A stretch of 64,000 nucleotides of DNA. Origin: an uncultured Dehalococcoidia bacterium (lineage in GTDB: Bacteria > Chloroflexota > Dehalococcoidia > Lucifugimonadales > UBA2985). The notes beneath the pieces are model-generated. The model saw only the letters and a list, made by a program, of their open reading frames with translations. It made no database searches and had not been told where the DNA came from. Location: positions 10,055 to 74,054 of the forward strand of contig CAZOCC010000028.1 of the NCBI GenBank assembly GCA_964578255.1, given 5' to 3'. Shown here piece after piece: positions 53,204-63,328 of this stretch (position 1 is the stretch's first letter; every line of letters begins with the position of its first letter). Made by a program: the position numbers and the translations under genes.

Positions 53204-53896
53204 CTAAGATTCTGGCAAAACAGACTTTGTCTTCTGGGCGTACGAATCTGTCCTCTCTACAAACGCATGGAAAATATTGTCAAAATTCTTCGGCGTTTCC
53301 CCATATATCTCATTATGCCATTGAACACCTATTACCCAATCGTGCGTTGGGCTTTCAAGGGCTTCCACCACCCCATCATCAACCGAGTAGGCAGAAGACA
53401 CTAGAGTCTTGGATTGCCCGGCCTGATTGATGCCTGCGCTATGATAACTATTGACCCGCACAAAGCCACCAGAACCTAGTATTGCCGCAAGTTTGCTGCC
53501 CGGAGAAATATATATCTGATGCCGATCTGCCATAAACTTTTGGTCCCATCCACCAGCCTTGTCCAACAGATGGGTATCCATCCTTAAATTTGCTTCCCCC
53601 CCCAAGGCTGCATTCAAAATCTGCATGCCCTGGCACATAGCAAGTACTGGCATATTATAATACATTGCTTTAGATAACAAATCGGAATACCACTTGCCAA
53701 GGTTGCTGGGTACTCCTAGAGTCCGACAAGAAGCAGCATCGATGCAAGTCAGAAAAAGCCCATCAACCTCTGATAGTGAGGTTTCAACATCTTCAAATCG
53801 ATCCAACACTCTAATATTCGTAGTACCTTGGAGAAACGGCTGAAGATGTTCCCCAAATTCGTCAGGATTACCCGACACTATTCCTATTGTACCCAA
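53204..53896 (-). CDS. Peptidase C26 / gamma-glutamyl-GABA hydrolase-like class I amidotransferase (divergent)
   Basis: PVLAMCQGMQILNAALGG nucleophile elbow; VNSYH; GVVEALE; GVQWHNE. Confidence 0.8.
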   Translation of the reverse strand: MGTIGIVSGNPDEFGEHLQPFLQGTTNIRVLDRFEDVETSLSEVDGLFLTCIDAASCRTLGVPSNLGKWYSDLLSKAMYYNMPVLAMCQGMQILNAALGGEANLRMDTHLLDKAGGWDQKFMADRHQIYISPGSKLAAILGSGGFVRVNSYHSAGINQAGQSKTLVSSAYSVDDGVVEALESPTHDWVIGVQWHNEIYGETPKNFDNIFHAFVERTDSYAQKTKSVLPES

Positions 53897-53977
53897 CTAT
53901 AAATTCACTTTCCCTAATCAAATGATTCCCAACATCAACCTGCCGACATCCACAACTGATATCATTCGGAAAACCCC

Positions 53978-56245
53978 TTATACAATCAGTCCAAGACTCC
54001 TTAATTCAATAACCGCCGCGCCATCAATTTCAAGCCCGCTTTGCAACCCATTTTGATACATTTTCGAGACTTTAGTAAATATCAGTTCCTCTGGATTATG
54101 ACCTTCCGTCAAATGTTGACATAATTCCGGAATGGAATTATAAGCTTGATCGAGATTCCAATAAAAGGAGATCAGCCAGGAGAGCTCCCGTTCATTGGAA
54201 GGACCAGGTATATCGTCAATGTCAAAGATTTGATTGTCTGCCTTCGTGTATCTCAGAATTCCTGCTTTATCCTGAGAATTCTCCCCATAATATCGCTTAC
54301 GTTTTAATGCCAACACTCTTGTCAAATATTCCTCTTCGCCGTAAATTGCCTTGGCAGACCAGTCCTTGCGCAAGTCAAGGGCTTCTCGTCCATCAGAGTC
54401 CACTATTGCAACGGCAATTTCCACCCCAAGTGCATCATCGTACTCGAATCTCACTGCTCCCCTCAATACTGCCTCTTGCAGCATAAGCGTTAATTCTCTG
54501 GTTATTTTTTTATACAGTGGGCCACTAGCCTGTTCGTTTCCATCTGACCCAATGCCTCCAGTATTAAACATGTAGTATTCTTGATTTAACCCCGCCCTAA
54601 TTCCATCCTGCAATATTGCATACATCTGATTGGCATTTTCATCTTCCAGACCAATGATGAATGGATCAGAAAAATATTCGACATAAGGCCTACCTATCGC
54701 ACCCGTAGACGCCCCGGTTTGTACGGCTTCACCGAACATCAGAGCTCTCACATATTTTTCCGGCGTCAACTTCACCAGCGGGGGAACTATCGTGTTTTGT
54801 CTCATTACTCCCTGCCAGAGGACCTTGTCTGTACTTTCCATAGGAACATGTACCATATCATCAAGTTTCCCTCCAGTGAAATCACTGGGCAATCCCGCTA
54901 CTCCTTTATTATCAAGAAGCCTGGATCTAGATAATATCATCCTCATATTACGAACGGGATTTTGCGAGAAATCCGGGGATCCAGAGGACACATCAAACGG
55001 CACATTTTCCAAGGTTTCCTGAGCATTAGGAATGCCATCAGAGCCCCTAAGAACAGAATACGTGATCGGGTCATCCTCTGCATTCAAGCCAAATGGTACC
55101 GCATAAAAATTATTTTCTGTACCATCTATGCTATAAGTGACCCCTGATGGGTTTGGTCTACCATCATCGTTAAATCTCTGCAGCAGCACAATATCATCAT
55201 TCATCGGGTATATACCTTCACTCCCATCTTCAGGTAACCCCAAAAGCGACGCTAATTGGCTGCCTTTCAATTCAATCATAATAGTCAAAGTGCTCTTGCC
55301 GTGAAGAGACGGGCCAGTTGTAACCATGGCAATGTTGTTAGTATCGCCAGTCATATCTTTAATACGTGCCATGCTGAGGGCTGCCTGAAGAGCTAGCCCA
55401 TTTCTTTGCTTGACCATAAACATAGCAATCGACAGGGGGCCCATTTTGTGTTCGCCCACGTAATCAAAGCCCAAGTGAAGTGATAGCCCCTTGGTAGGGG
55501 CCTTGAAAACCAAGCGCTCTAACCCTGCATCGCTAATTTCCCTCAAAATATCGTCTGGTAACCCCAAATCTTCCAACCAGCGGGGCAGAGATACTTCTAA
55601 AATATCCGGCGACTGTTCCATTTCGCCATCCGGCAGGTCAAACGTCAATTGCCGCCACATGTATGGCAATTGTGGGTAATCCGTTCCGAATAGCAATTGT
55701 CTGGCGTGAAATGACCGATCACCCGCATCTCCTATTTGGCGATCAGTTTGCACAATATAATCCCCGCTCGCAAAATGTTTCTCCATGTGGCCAGTGATAT
55801 ACGGAAATATTTTGGCAAACAATTTTTGGTTGGATGAACTAAATGCAATTGCATCACGGTTAGCGGTGAATCCATCTATGAAATATTGTGTCAAATCCGG
55901 TCGGCGGGCCACTCCCAATTGACTGAAGAATCCCAGGCCTCCGGTTTCCAATCGTACGACTGTATCGGGCCAGGCTCGTAAACCTGCCTTGCCTTCTCCG
56001 TTCAGACGCTCGGACTCTCTCTCAATGTCCAGTGCCTCTTGCAACACCTTGTGCTTTTGTTCTTCCGGCAGATCTTGAAAAACCCTCATCATCCCGATAA
56101 GTTCGTTGTCAGTTGGGTTAAACAACTTGCTGGTTGGGCTATGGCCCAATTTAGCCACTCTTACTAAATCATCTACGGCAATTACAAAGCCCGGATCAAC
56201 CGGTGGGCCCAATAAGGCCGAATTCGTTTCCCGCGTGATCGCCAT
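53978..56245 (-). CDS. Divergent ATP-dependent PEP-carboxykinase-fold protein
   Basis: Colinear PEPCK-like motifs DYVGEHKMG, GPSLHGKSTL P-loop, NDD, ENNFYA, LENV, NMR, PPLVKL, FNTG; GAGGAGG ribosome-binding site. Confidence 0.72.
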   Translation of the reverse strand: MAITRETNSALLGPPVDPGFVIAVDDLVRVAKLGHSPTSKLFNPTDNELIGMMRVFQDLPEEQKHKVLQEALDIERESERLNGEGKAGLRAWPDTVVRLETGGLGFFSQLGVARRPDLTQYFIDGFTANRDAIAFSSSNQKLFAKIFPYITGHMEKHFASGDYIVQTDRQIGDAGDRSFHARQLLFGTDYPQLPYMWRQLTFDLPDGEMEQSPDILEVSLPRWLEDLGLPDDILREISDAGLERLVFKAPTKGLSLHLGFDYVGEHKMGPLSIAMFMVKQRNGLALQAALSMARIKDMTGDTNNIAMVTTGPSLHGKSTLTIMIELKGSQLASLLGLPEDGSEGIYPMNDDIVLLQRFNDDGRPNPSGVTYSIDGTENNFYAVPFGLNAEDDPITYSVLRGSDGIPNAQETLENVPFDVSSGSPDFSQNPVRNMRMILSRSRLLDNKGVAGLPSDFTGGKLDDMVHVPMESTDKVLWQGVMRQNTIVPPLVKLTPEKYVRALMFGEAVQTGASTGAIGRPYVEYFSDPFIIGLEDENANQMYAILQDGIRAGLNQEYYMFNTGGIGSDGNEQASGPLYKKITRELTLMLQEAVLRGAVRFEYDDALGVEIAVAIVDSDGREALDLRKDWSAKAIYGEEEYLTRVLALKRKRYYGENSQDKAGILRYTKADNQIFDIDDIPGPSNERELSWLISFYWNLDQAYNSIPELCQHLTEGHNPEELIFTKVSKMYQNGLQSGLEIDGAAVIELRSLGLIV

Positions 56246-56495
56246 GCCGGGAAATCCTCCTCTTCAATGGTGTTATTTGTCGGGGCTGCGCTGCCCTAAC
56301 TTCAAGCTAGCCATAGGCACAAAGAGTGTGCCTGACCTGTCTCAGCCTAATCCATTTTACCGCTTCTTGTCGATGTTTTGCAACATAATTACAGGCCATT
56401 AATTGAACCATATTACAACATTTGCAATGACACCGACTGATTCATGTCACGGACTTATTTCTCGATCCCTAATCGACCTTTTTTCAATCCGCAAT

Positions 56496-57911
56496 TTAGA
56501 TGTGTATGGCAATTCCATCAGCTGCTAAAGCCGCTTCCTTGATTGTCTCCGATAACGTGGGATGAGCGTGTACCAAGCCAGCCAGTTCGTTCATACCTCC
56601 ATCCAGCAAAGTGGTAATCAATATTTCCGGCAGCATCTCGGTAACTTCTGCGCCTATCAAATGGGCGCCGATAATTGCTCCAGTGTCTGATCGAATCACC
56701 AACTTGGCTAATCCTTCCGTCTCGCCAGATGCCAAGGATTTGCCATTGGCCCGAAATGGGAATCGGCCGATTTTGACTGGGTAGTCAAGCTTGGAGGCTT
56801 GCTCCTCTGTGTAACCAAAACTTGTCACCTGTGGTTGGCAATAGGTAGCCCTGGGCATATTCAGGTAATTCAGAGTGTTAGTCGGTTTGCCCGCTATCGT
56901 TTCTGCGGCTACTATTGCTTGAGCTTGGGCCACGTGTGCCAATGCCAATTCTCCAGTAACGTCTCCGACAGCAAAAATTCCCTGTACGTTAGTTCTCATA
57001 CATTCATCAACCTTAATGAAGCCTTTTTCAATTATCACTCCTAAGTGCTCCAGTCCAAATCCGGTCGTGTTGCCTTGTATGCCAGTCGCAACTAGCACCT
57101 TCTGGCACTCTACCCTGTGAGAACCTCCAGGTGCCTCAATCAATACGGTTATTTCATGTCCATCAGCATTACCTGCAAGTTCACTAGAGATCCTTTCTTC
57201 TATGCTTGCCTTAGACCCGGTGAATAGCTTAATGCCTTGCTTTTTGAAAGATCTCTCGAGTTGTTGTGATATTTCGGAGTCCTCATTAGGAAGCAGTTTG
57301 TCCGCAATTTCTACCAACGTGACTTCCGAGCCATAAGATCGGTACAAATAGGAAAACTCTACCCCAGTAGCTCCACCACCTACTATCACTACAGACTCGG
57401 GTATTTCTTCGAGTATCAATGCCTCTCTGCTAGTAATGACCCGTTCCCGATCTATGTCTAAGCCAGATATCTGTTTTTGATGTCCCCCGGTGGCAATTAT
57501 GATGTGCTGGCCCTCAAGGATAGTTGTTCCTTGATTAACGGCCACCCTATGGGAATCCAACAAAGAACCATATCCCTCCACATAATAGACATGGTTCTTC
57601 TTCAACAAAGACTGTATGCCTTTGTTAAGTCTAGTAACAACATCTCTGCTCCTCGAAATGGCGACGCCAAAATCATAGCGCATATGATCAAAATAAACCC
57701 CGAACTCATCGGCGCGATGAAACAAATTCAATATCTCGGCATTCCTAAGTAGGGATTTGCTAGGAATGCATCCCCAATTCAGGCATATGCCTCCCAGTGC
57801 ATCAGATTCCACCAATGCCACACGCATTCCTAATTGGCTAGCCCTGATCGCAGCAACGTAACCACCCGGCCCTCCACCAATGACTATAACGTCGTAGTTC
57901 TGTTTCTGCAT
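56496..57911 (-). CDS. lpdA: Dihydrolipoamide dehydrogenase
   Basis: GGGPGGYVAAIRA; CLNWGCIPSK redox disulfide; HAHPTLSE. Confidence 0.96.
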   Translation of the reverse strand: MQKQNYDVIVIGGGPGGYVAAIRASQLGMRVALVESDALGGICLNWGCIPSKSLLRNAEILNLFHRADEFGVYFDHMRYDFGVAISRSRDVVTRLNKGIQSLLKKNHVYYVEGYGSLLDSHRVAVNQGTTILEGQHIIIATGGHQKQISGLDIDRERVITSREALILEEIPESVVIVGGGATGVEFSYLYRSYGSEVTLVEIADKLLPNEDSEISQQLERSFKKQGIKLFTGSKASIEERISSELAGNADGHEITVLIEAPGGSHRVECQKVLVATGIQGNTTGFGLEHLGVIIEKGFIKVDECMRTNVQGIFAVGDVTGELALAHVAQAQAIVAAETIAGKPTNTLNYLNMPRATYCQPQVTSFGYTEEQASKLDYPVKIGRFPFRANGKSLASGETEGLAKLVIRSDTGAIIGAHLIGAEVTEMLPEILITTLLDGGMNELAGLVHAHPTLSETIKEAALAADGIAIHI

Positions 57912-58224
57912 GTATACGCTCCAAGCCTAGGTTGATTCTTAAAGCTAGACTATTCGGTTGGATATCATGAGTATATCATCCGCAATGTTTCTAAACCATC
58001 AATTGCCATCCCGCATATGCCTCTTCCCCAAAGTATTCAAGGCAGAATGGATAAGATGGACCTGGCTGAGCATTCAGTATAAGTTGATTGAATCCAGTAT
58101 ATCCCTGGGGAGAGTCCCTTATACATCAATGCGGCAACTTGATGCAAAACATCCGTTTTGTTAAACTAACCGCATCCTGTTATCCTTAAATACGGAATAG
58201 CCAACTCGCCCATTGGGGTTAATT

Positions 58225-58521
58225 ATGACCACTCCTAATCTTAACCAAGATCAAGTGCGCCACATCGCCAGTCTGTGCCGTATAGGTCTCTCCGATCAAG
58301 ATGTGGAGCTATTTACTCAGCAGCTATCTTCATTGCTAGAGCATTTTCAAGTATTGGAAGAGGTGAACACCGATTATACAAGTGTTGCTGAACACCAAGC
58401 ATACTTGCAAAATGTGATGCGTGAAGACATTTCTGCCAAACCGTTGCCCAAATCTGATGTATTGGCGAATGCCCCGTCCACACAAGATGACTTTTTCAAA
58501 GTGAAGGCAATCTTAGAGTGA
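58225..58521 (+). CDS. gatC: Asp/Glu-tRNA amidotransferase subunit C
   Basis: VRHIASLCRI; NVMRED; LANAP...DFFKV; overlaps gatA start. Confidence 0.9.
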   Translation: MTTPNLNQDQVRHIASLCRIGLSDQDVELFTQQLSSLLEHFQVLEEVNTDYTSVAEHQAYLQNVMREDISAKPLPKSDVLANAPSTQDDFFKVKAILE

Positions 58522-59981
58522 TTCCTCCAAATCTTCACGACCTGACAATTCATCAGGCTCATTCACTCCTGTCGGCCAGACAGATATCCGCAGTAGAGTT
58601 GACTGAATCTGTTCTAGATCGCGTGATGAATGTTGATGAGAAAGTAAATTCATTCGTCACGATAACCAAAGAATTGGCCATGAATCAAGCCTCCCGGGCA
58701 GATCAGGCATTAAACCTAGGAGAGGCCAACCCTCTCACAGGCATACCGGTCCAAATCAAGGACAACATCTGTACCATTGGAGTCCGTACAACTTGCGCAT
58801 CTAAGATGTTAAACGACTTCATACCACCATACAATTCAACAGTGGCCGGGAAACTTGATGCAGCATCCGCTGTGTTGGTTGGCAAGGGCAACATGGATGA
58901 GTTCGCAATGGGATCATCGACAGAAAATTCAGCCTTTTTCCCCACGCATAACCCTTGGGACCTCACATGTGTTCCTGGGGGGAGCAGCGGAGGTCCTGCA
59001 GCGGCTGTGGCCGCAGGCGAGTGTATTTTTTCCATTGGCTCGGACACCGGCGGCAGCATCAGACAACCTGCTTCTTTGTGTGGGGTTGTAGGCATGAAGC
59101 CCACTTACGGTCTTGTCAGCAGATACGGATTGATTGCTTTCGCGAGTTCCTTTGATCAGATAGGCCCTATAACCAAAGATGTGACAGACTGCGCTTTGGT
59201 GATGAATCAAATTGCTGGCCATGATGTCAGGGATTCAACTTCGATCTCCCAGCCATTTCCCGATTACACTCAAGCGCTGACCTTAGGTATTGACGGTTTG
59301 CGCATAGGAGTTCCTACAGAATATTTCGACGAAGGGGTAGACCCGGGTGTATTAGAGGCCATAAATAAGGCCCTTCATAAATTGGAAGAGCTGGGAGCTT
59401 CTGTTCAAGAAATTTCTCTGCCTCTAACAAGGTACGCTTTGGCGGCGTATTATATTATCGCTCCATCTGAGGCATCTGCAAATCTAGCTAGATTTGACGG
59501 AGTCAAGTACGGATATTCTGCCCCAGCACCTAGAGATATTTGGGAAGCCTTTGAAAGTACCAAACAACACGGATTCGGCATGGAAGTCAAAAGACGGGTT
59601 ATGCTAGGAACATATGCCCTATCTGCCGGATATTACGATGCCTATTATATGAAGGCACAAAAGATACGCCACCTCATAAACATGGAGTTTAAAGAGGCTT
59701 TCGAAAATTATGACGTCCTGATTACACCGACGTCACCTTCGGTTGCATTTAAATTAGGAGATAAATCTGACAATCCTATCCAGATGTATTCGAGCGATAT
59801 GTGCACAATACCGGCCAACATTGCAGGGATACCAGCAATGTCCATTCCAGCAGGCTTCTCGGGCGGCTTGCCTGTGGGGATGCAAATAATGGGGAAACCT
59901 CTAGCCGAAAGCACCATATTAGGAGTAGCATATAACTACGAGACCGCCACTGAGTGGCACAAGATGAGGCCAGAGTTATGA
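58518..59981 (+). CDS. gatA: Asp/Glu-tRNA amidotransferase subunit A
   Basis: IKDN; NMDEFAMGSSTE; PGGSSGG; GSDTGGSIRQPA; SAGYYDAYY. Confidence 0.97.
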   Translation: MIPPNLHDLTIHQAHSLLSARQISAVELTESVLDRVMNVDEKVNSFVTITKELAMNQASRADQALNLGEANPLTGIPVQIKDNICTIGVRTTCASKMLNDFIPPYNSTVAGKLDAASAVLVGKGNMDEFAMGSSTENSAFFPTHNPWDLTCVPGGSSGGPAAAVAAGECIFSIGSDTGGSIRQPASLCGVVGMKPTYGLVSRYGLIAFASSFDQIGPITKDVTDCALVMNQIAGHDVRDSTSISQPFPDYTQALTLGIDGLRIGVPTEYFDEGVDPGVLEAINKALHKLEELGASVQEISLPLTRYALAAYYIIAPSEASANLARFDGVKYGYSAPAPRDIWEAFESTKQHGFGMEVKRRVMLGTYALSAGYYDAYYMKAQKIRHLINMEFKEAFENYDVLITPTSPSVAFKLGDKSDNPIQMYSSDMCTIPANIAGIPAMSIPAGFSGGLPVGMQIMGKPLAESTILGVAYNYETATEWHKMRPEL

Positions 59982-60457
59982 AAGACATACTTGCCATACT
60001 TGAACAAAACGGGCGAGCAACCCCACAGGAAATATCGGAAATCACCGGTCATACATTGGACGACGTTTTGACCATTATTGGTCAGGCAGAGCAAAATCGT
60101 ATCATCGTGAAATACAAAGCTGTGGTTAATTGGGATCGCGTAGATGAGGAGGAAGTCTTGGCCCTGGTGGATGTGCGTGTTGCCCCCGAACGAGAAGTCG
60201 GATTCGACAGAATAGCTCGCAGGATTGCCCGATTCCCGGAAGTACACTCCTTGGATCTAATGTCGGGAGGATACGATCTATCCGTTACAGTGAGAGGTCG
60301 CAATATTCAAGACGTAGCGAATTTCGTGGCCACACATCTGGCAACCATAGAAGAAGTTCACGGTACAACCACCCATTTTCTCCTTAAGCGCTTCAAAACC
60401 GATGGAACCATCCTGGATGAAGAACCCGGAGCAAAGAGACTTCCCCTAACTCCCTAG
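59978..60457 (+). CDS. Lrp/AsnC-family transcriptional regulator (YugG/AlaR-like); ATGA overlap with gatA stop
   Basis: N-terminal HTH; RFPEV..L.LMSGGYDL; TTTHFLLK. Confidence 0.88.
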   Translation: MKDILAILEQNGRATPQEISEITGHTLDDVLTIIGQAEQNRIIVKYKAVVNWDRVDEEEVLALVDVRVAPEREVGFDRIARRIARFPEVHSLDLMSGGYDLSVTVRGRNIQDVANFVATHLATIEEVHGTTTHFLLKRFKTDGTILDEEPGAKRLPLTP

Positions 60458-60473
60458 GATCATAATTTAAGAG

Positions 60474-61676
60474 ATGACAGATAACGATAGAAAAGAAATG
60501 CCTCAAACCAGATCCGCCATATCCAAGCGGGTACGCGATCTGTCCCCTTCTGGAATACGCCGCTTCTTCGACATAGTGACAGACATGGATGATGTGGTAT
60601 CACTGGGGGTAGGGGAACCGGACTTTGTTACTCCCTGGCCCATACGGCAGGCAGGTATTGAATCAATAGAAAAGGGCTTTACGATGTATACCTCCAATTT
60701 TGGGCTTATCGAGCTTCGGGAGGGAATAGGTAAATATTTATACGAGCGCTATGGATTGAATTATGATCCCGCGACTCAGATTATGATAACAACCGGAGTG
60801 AGCCAAGGGCTGGACCTAGCCATGAGGGCCATTCTAGACCCAGGAGACGAGGTCTTGATTCCTGAGCCCACTTATGTGTCATATGTTCCATGCGTGTCCT
60901 TAGCAGGAGGAATCCCTGTAACAATACCAACCAATATGGAAGACTCCTTCCGAATAAAACCAGCTGATATCGAGTCCCGCATCACTGATCGAACAAAGGC
61001 GCTTCTACTGGGCTATCCCAACAACCCTACTGGCGCCGTTATGCCCAGGGACACTATGGAACAAATAGCCGACTTGGCTTTCCGACATGATCTCACCGTG
61101 GTATCTGATGAAATATATGAACGCCTAGTTTACGGTGTCGAACATGTTTGTTTTGCATCTTTACCGAATATGGAGAACCGCTCTATACATTTAGGAGGGT
61201 TTTCGAAATCTTATGCTATGACAGGATGGCGTGTTGGCTACGCCTGTGCAAATACAGATATCATTGAGGCTATGATGAAGGTGCATCAATACACCCTGAT
61301 GTGCGCCCCTACACAAGGCCAAATGGCAGCCATTGAAGCATTGAGATCTGGTGACGCATCAGTGGAAGAGATGCGGGAACAATATAACCGTCGAAGACAT
61401 TTGATGGTAAAAGGATTAAATGAACTAGGGCTTACCTGCACTGAACCTCAGGGCGCCTTCTATACCTTCCCGTCTATAAAATCGTGTAACATGACTTCAC
61501 TGGAATTCGCCGAGGCTCTGCTTACTAAAGAAAAGGTTGCGCTAGTCCCGGGGTCAGCATTCGGGCCGAGTGGCGAGGGACATGTGCGTTGTTGTTATGC
61601 GGTATCAGCTGAAGAAATAGAAGAGGCTTTGGAACGCATTGCTCGTTTCTTACAGCATATAAAGGCAACGGGCTGA
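60474..61676 (+). CDS. Class I/II PLP aminotransferase (YugH/AlaT-like)
   Basis: SLGVGEPDF; PNNPTG; SDEIY; FSKSYAMTGWRVG. Confidence 0.93.
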   Translation: MTDNDRKEMPQTRSAISKRVRDLSPSGIRRFFDIVTDMDDVVSLGVGEPDFVTPWPIRQAGIESIEKGFTMYTSNFGLIELREGIGKYLYERYGLNYDPATQIMITTGVSQGLDLAMRAILDPGDEVLIPEPTYVSYVPCVSLAGGIPVTIPTNMEDSFRIKPADIESRITDRTKALLLGYPNNPTGAVMPRDTMEQIADLAFRHDLTVVSDEIYERLVYGVEHVCFASLPNMENRSIHLGGFSKSYAMTGWRVGYACANTDIIEAMMKVHQYTLMCAPTQGQMAAIEALRSGDASVEEMREQYNRRRHLMVKGLNELGLTCTEPQGAFYTFPSIKSCNMTSLEFAEALLTKEKVALVPGSAFGPSGEGHVRCCYAVSAEEIEEALERIARFLQHIKATG

Positions 61677-61693
61677 TCAGGTTAATGCAGGGG

Positions 61694-62503
61694 TTACCCC
61701 GGATACTCTTCTAACAAAAACTGCTCCGTTATCGCAACAACTTGATTCATACGCGTGTATACCAAGCCATGGCCCGCACCCTCAAATGTTATCAATCGAG
61801 ACCCCTCAATGTTATTAACCATTTCAGTAGCGAAACGTTGAGGTGTAATTACATCCTCGGCACCAAATAAAAGTAGTGTGGGACAAGAAATCGCTCTAAG
61901 CCTATCCCGTGAATTAAATGCAATTGTGGCTTCCATTTGCCGATTATATGCTGCTACTTCCTGGAACAAATCATCCTCACTCAACTGCTTAATCGCGTTC
62001 TCAATAAATCCATGGGCTTCATATTCTTTGTGCGAGTAGATTAAAGGCATAGTTATCCTAACGTACGCTTCCTTATCCAACTGTTCTCTCAACAGAGCCA
62101 ACCCCCTAAACAAAGCCTGTCCCCTGGCATCACCCATATCATAAGTGGCTATCAATACCAATCTGTCTACAATGTCGGGGAAGCTTATGGCCAATTCTTG
62201 GGCAATTGCTCCCCCCATTGAATAACCAACAACGTGTGCTTTTTGAATATCTAGTGACTTTAACAGGCCAACAGTATCCTTAGCCATATCCAGAATAGAG
62301 TACGGTTTCCCGGCACGTTGGCTCAAACCACTATCTCTATTATCAAAACATATAGTTTTAAAAGATCCCTTGAGAGAATCGCATGCTCGCGCCCAAGTTC
62401 TATGGTCGCCACTCAATCCGCCTATAAAGATCACGGCAGGGGCATTGCCTGATCCCTCTACTTGGTAGTAAATGTTTAGGTGATTCACTTCCATGTACGG
62501 CAT
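61694..62503 (-). CDS. Alpha/beta-fold hydrolase (enol-lactonase/esterase-like)
   Basis: FDNRDSG; GYSMGG nucleophile; GAED; GAGH. Confidence 0.9.
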   Translation of the reverse strand: MPYMEVNHLNIYYQVEGSGNAPAVIFIGGLSGDHRTWARACDSLKGSFKTICFDNRDSGLSQRAGKPYSILDMAKDTVGLLKSLDIQKAHVVGYSMGGAIAQELAISFPDIVDRLVLIATYDMGDARGQALFRGLALLREQLDKEAYVRITMPLIYSHKEYEAHGFIENAIKQLSEDDLFQEVAAYNRQMEATIAFNSRDRLRAISCPTLLLFGAEDVITPQRFATEMVNNIEGSRLITFEGAGHGLVYTRMNQVVAITEQFLLEEYPG

Positions 62504-62506
62504 TGC

Positions 62507-63328
62507 TCAGTACCGCCATTTCTCATTTTCAATGGCTGTCAAGAAGCTTGCGTGTAAATCATGACCAGAAGCTATAATGCTAGTACTGGAAAGAGATGCT
62601 GGCACTCCTTTTTTATCTGAGACCAAACCCCCGCTTTCCGACACCAATAGAAGGCCGCTGGCCAAATCCCAAGGCATCAGGCTGTTGTGGAAATAGATAT
62701 CTGTTCGCCCGCAAGCAGCATAGGCCAACCCCAAGGCAGCTGATCCCAATAGCCTAGTGCTTCCTATTTTTGGTATTACGTTAACAAGCATCTCTAGTGC
62801 AAATGTGGCATAATCCAAGTTACCTAAATCATAACTTATCATAGCCTCTGATAGTACTTTTTTGCGTGATGGCCGCACAGGACTTTGGTTTAAACAAGCA
62901 CCTTTACCTTTAATTGCCCTGAATAACTCTCCCCTCATTGGATCGTAAGTGAGGCCCATCAAAACTTCTTTATTTCTTGTCAAGGCCAGAGTTGTACAGA
63001 AAAACGGGATATGCATTGAATAATTTCTGGTTCCGTCCAGTGGATCAACCACCCATACAAATCCGGAATTGCCTTCAACAGGGTCCGATTCCTCTGCTAC
63101 AAATCCGTCATCGGGGAAATGTCTCATCAGTTGGGCTATTATCGAATGCTCAACGATTATGTCCGCGTCCGTAACGATATCTCCGTTACCTGGTTTATTT
63201 CGGACACTGTTGTTTTCGTTAAACCTCGATATTAGTATCCGTCCAGATTCCATCAAGATTTCGGTTGCAATGTCCACGGCAGGCGCTCCGCTTTGGGAGA
63301 TTGGCAAATCCAGCATAAATACTTTCAA
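62507..63328 (-). CDS. suhB: Inositol monophosphatase family protein
   Basis: VTDAD; AEES; WVVDPLDGTRNY; GSAAL; PWDLASG. Confidence 0.88.
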   Translation of the reverse strand: MKVFMLDLPISQSGAPAVDIATEILMESGRILISRFNENNSVRNKPGNGDIVTDADIIVEHSIIAQLMRHFPDDGFVAEESDPVEGNSGFVWVVDPLDGTRNYSMHIPFFCTTLALTRNKEVLMGLTYDPMRGELFRAIKGKGACLNQSPVRPSRKKVLSEAMISYDLGNLDYATFALEMLVNVIPKIGSTRLLGSAALGLAYAACGRTDIYFHNSLMPWDLASGLLLVSESGGLVSDKKGVPASLSSTSIIASGHDLHASFLTAIENEKWRY

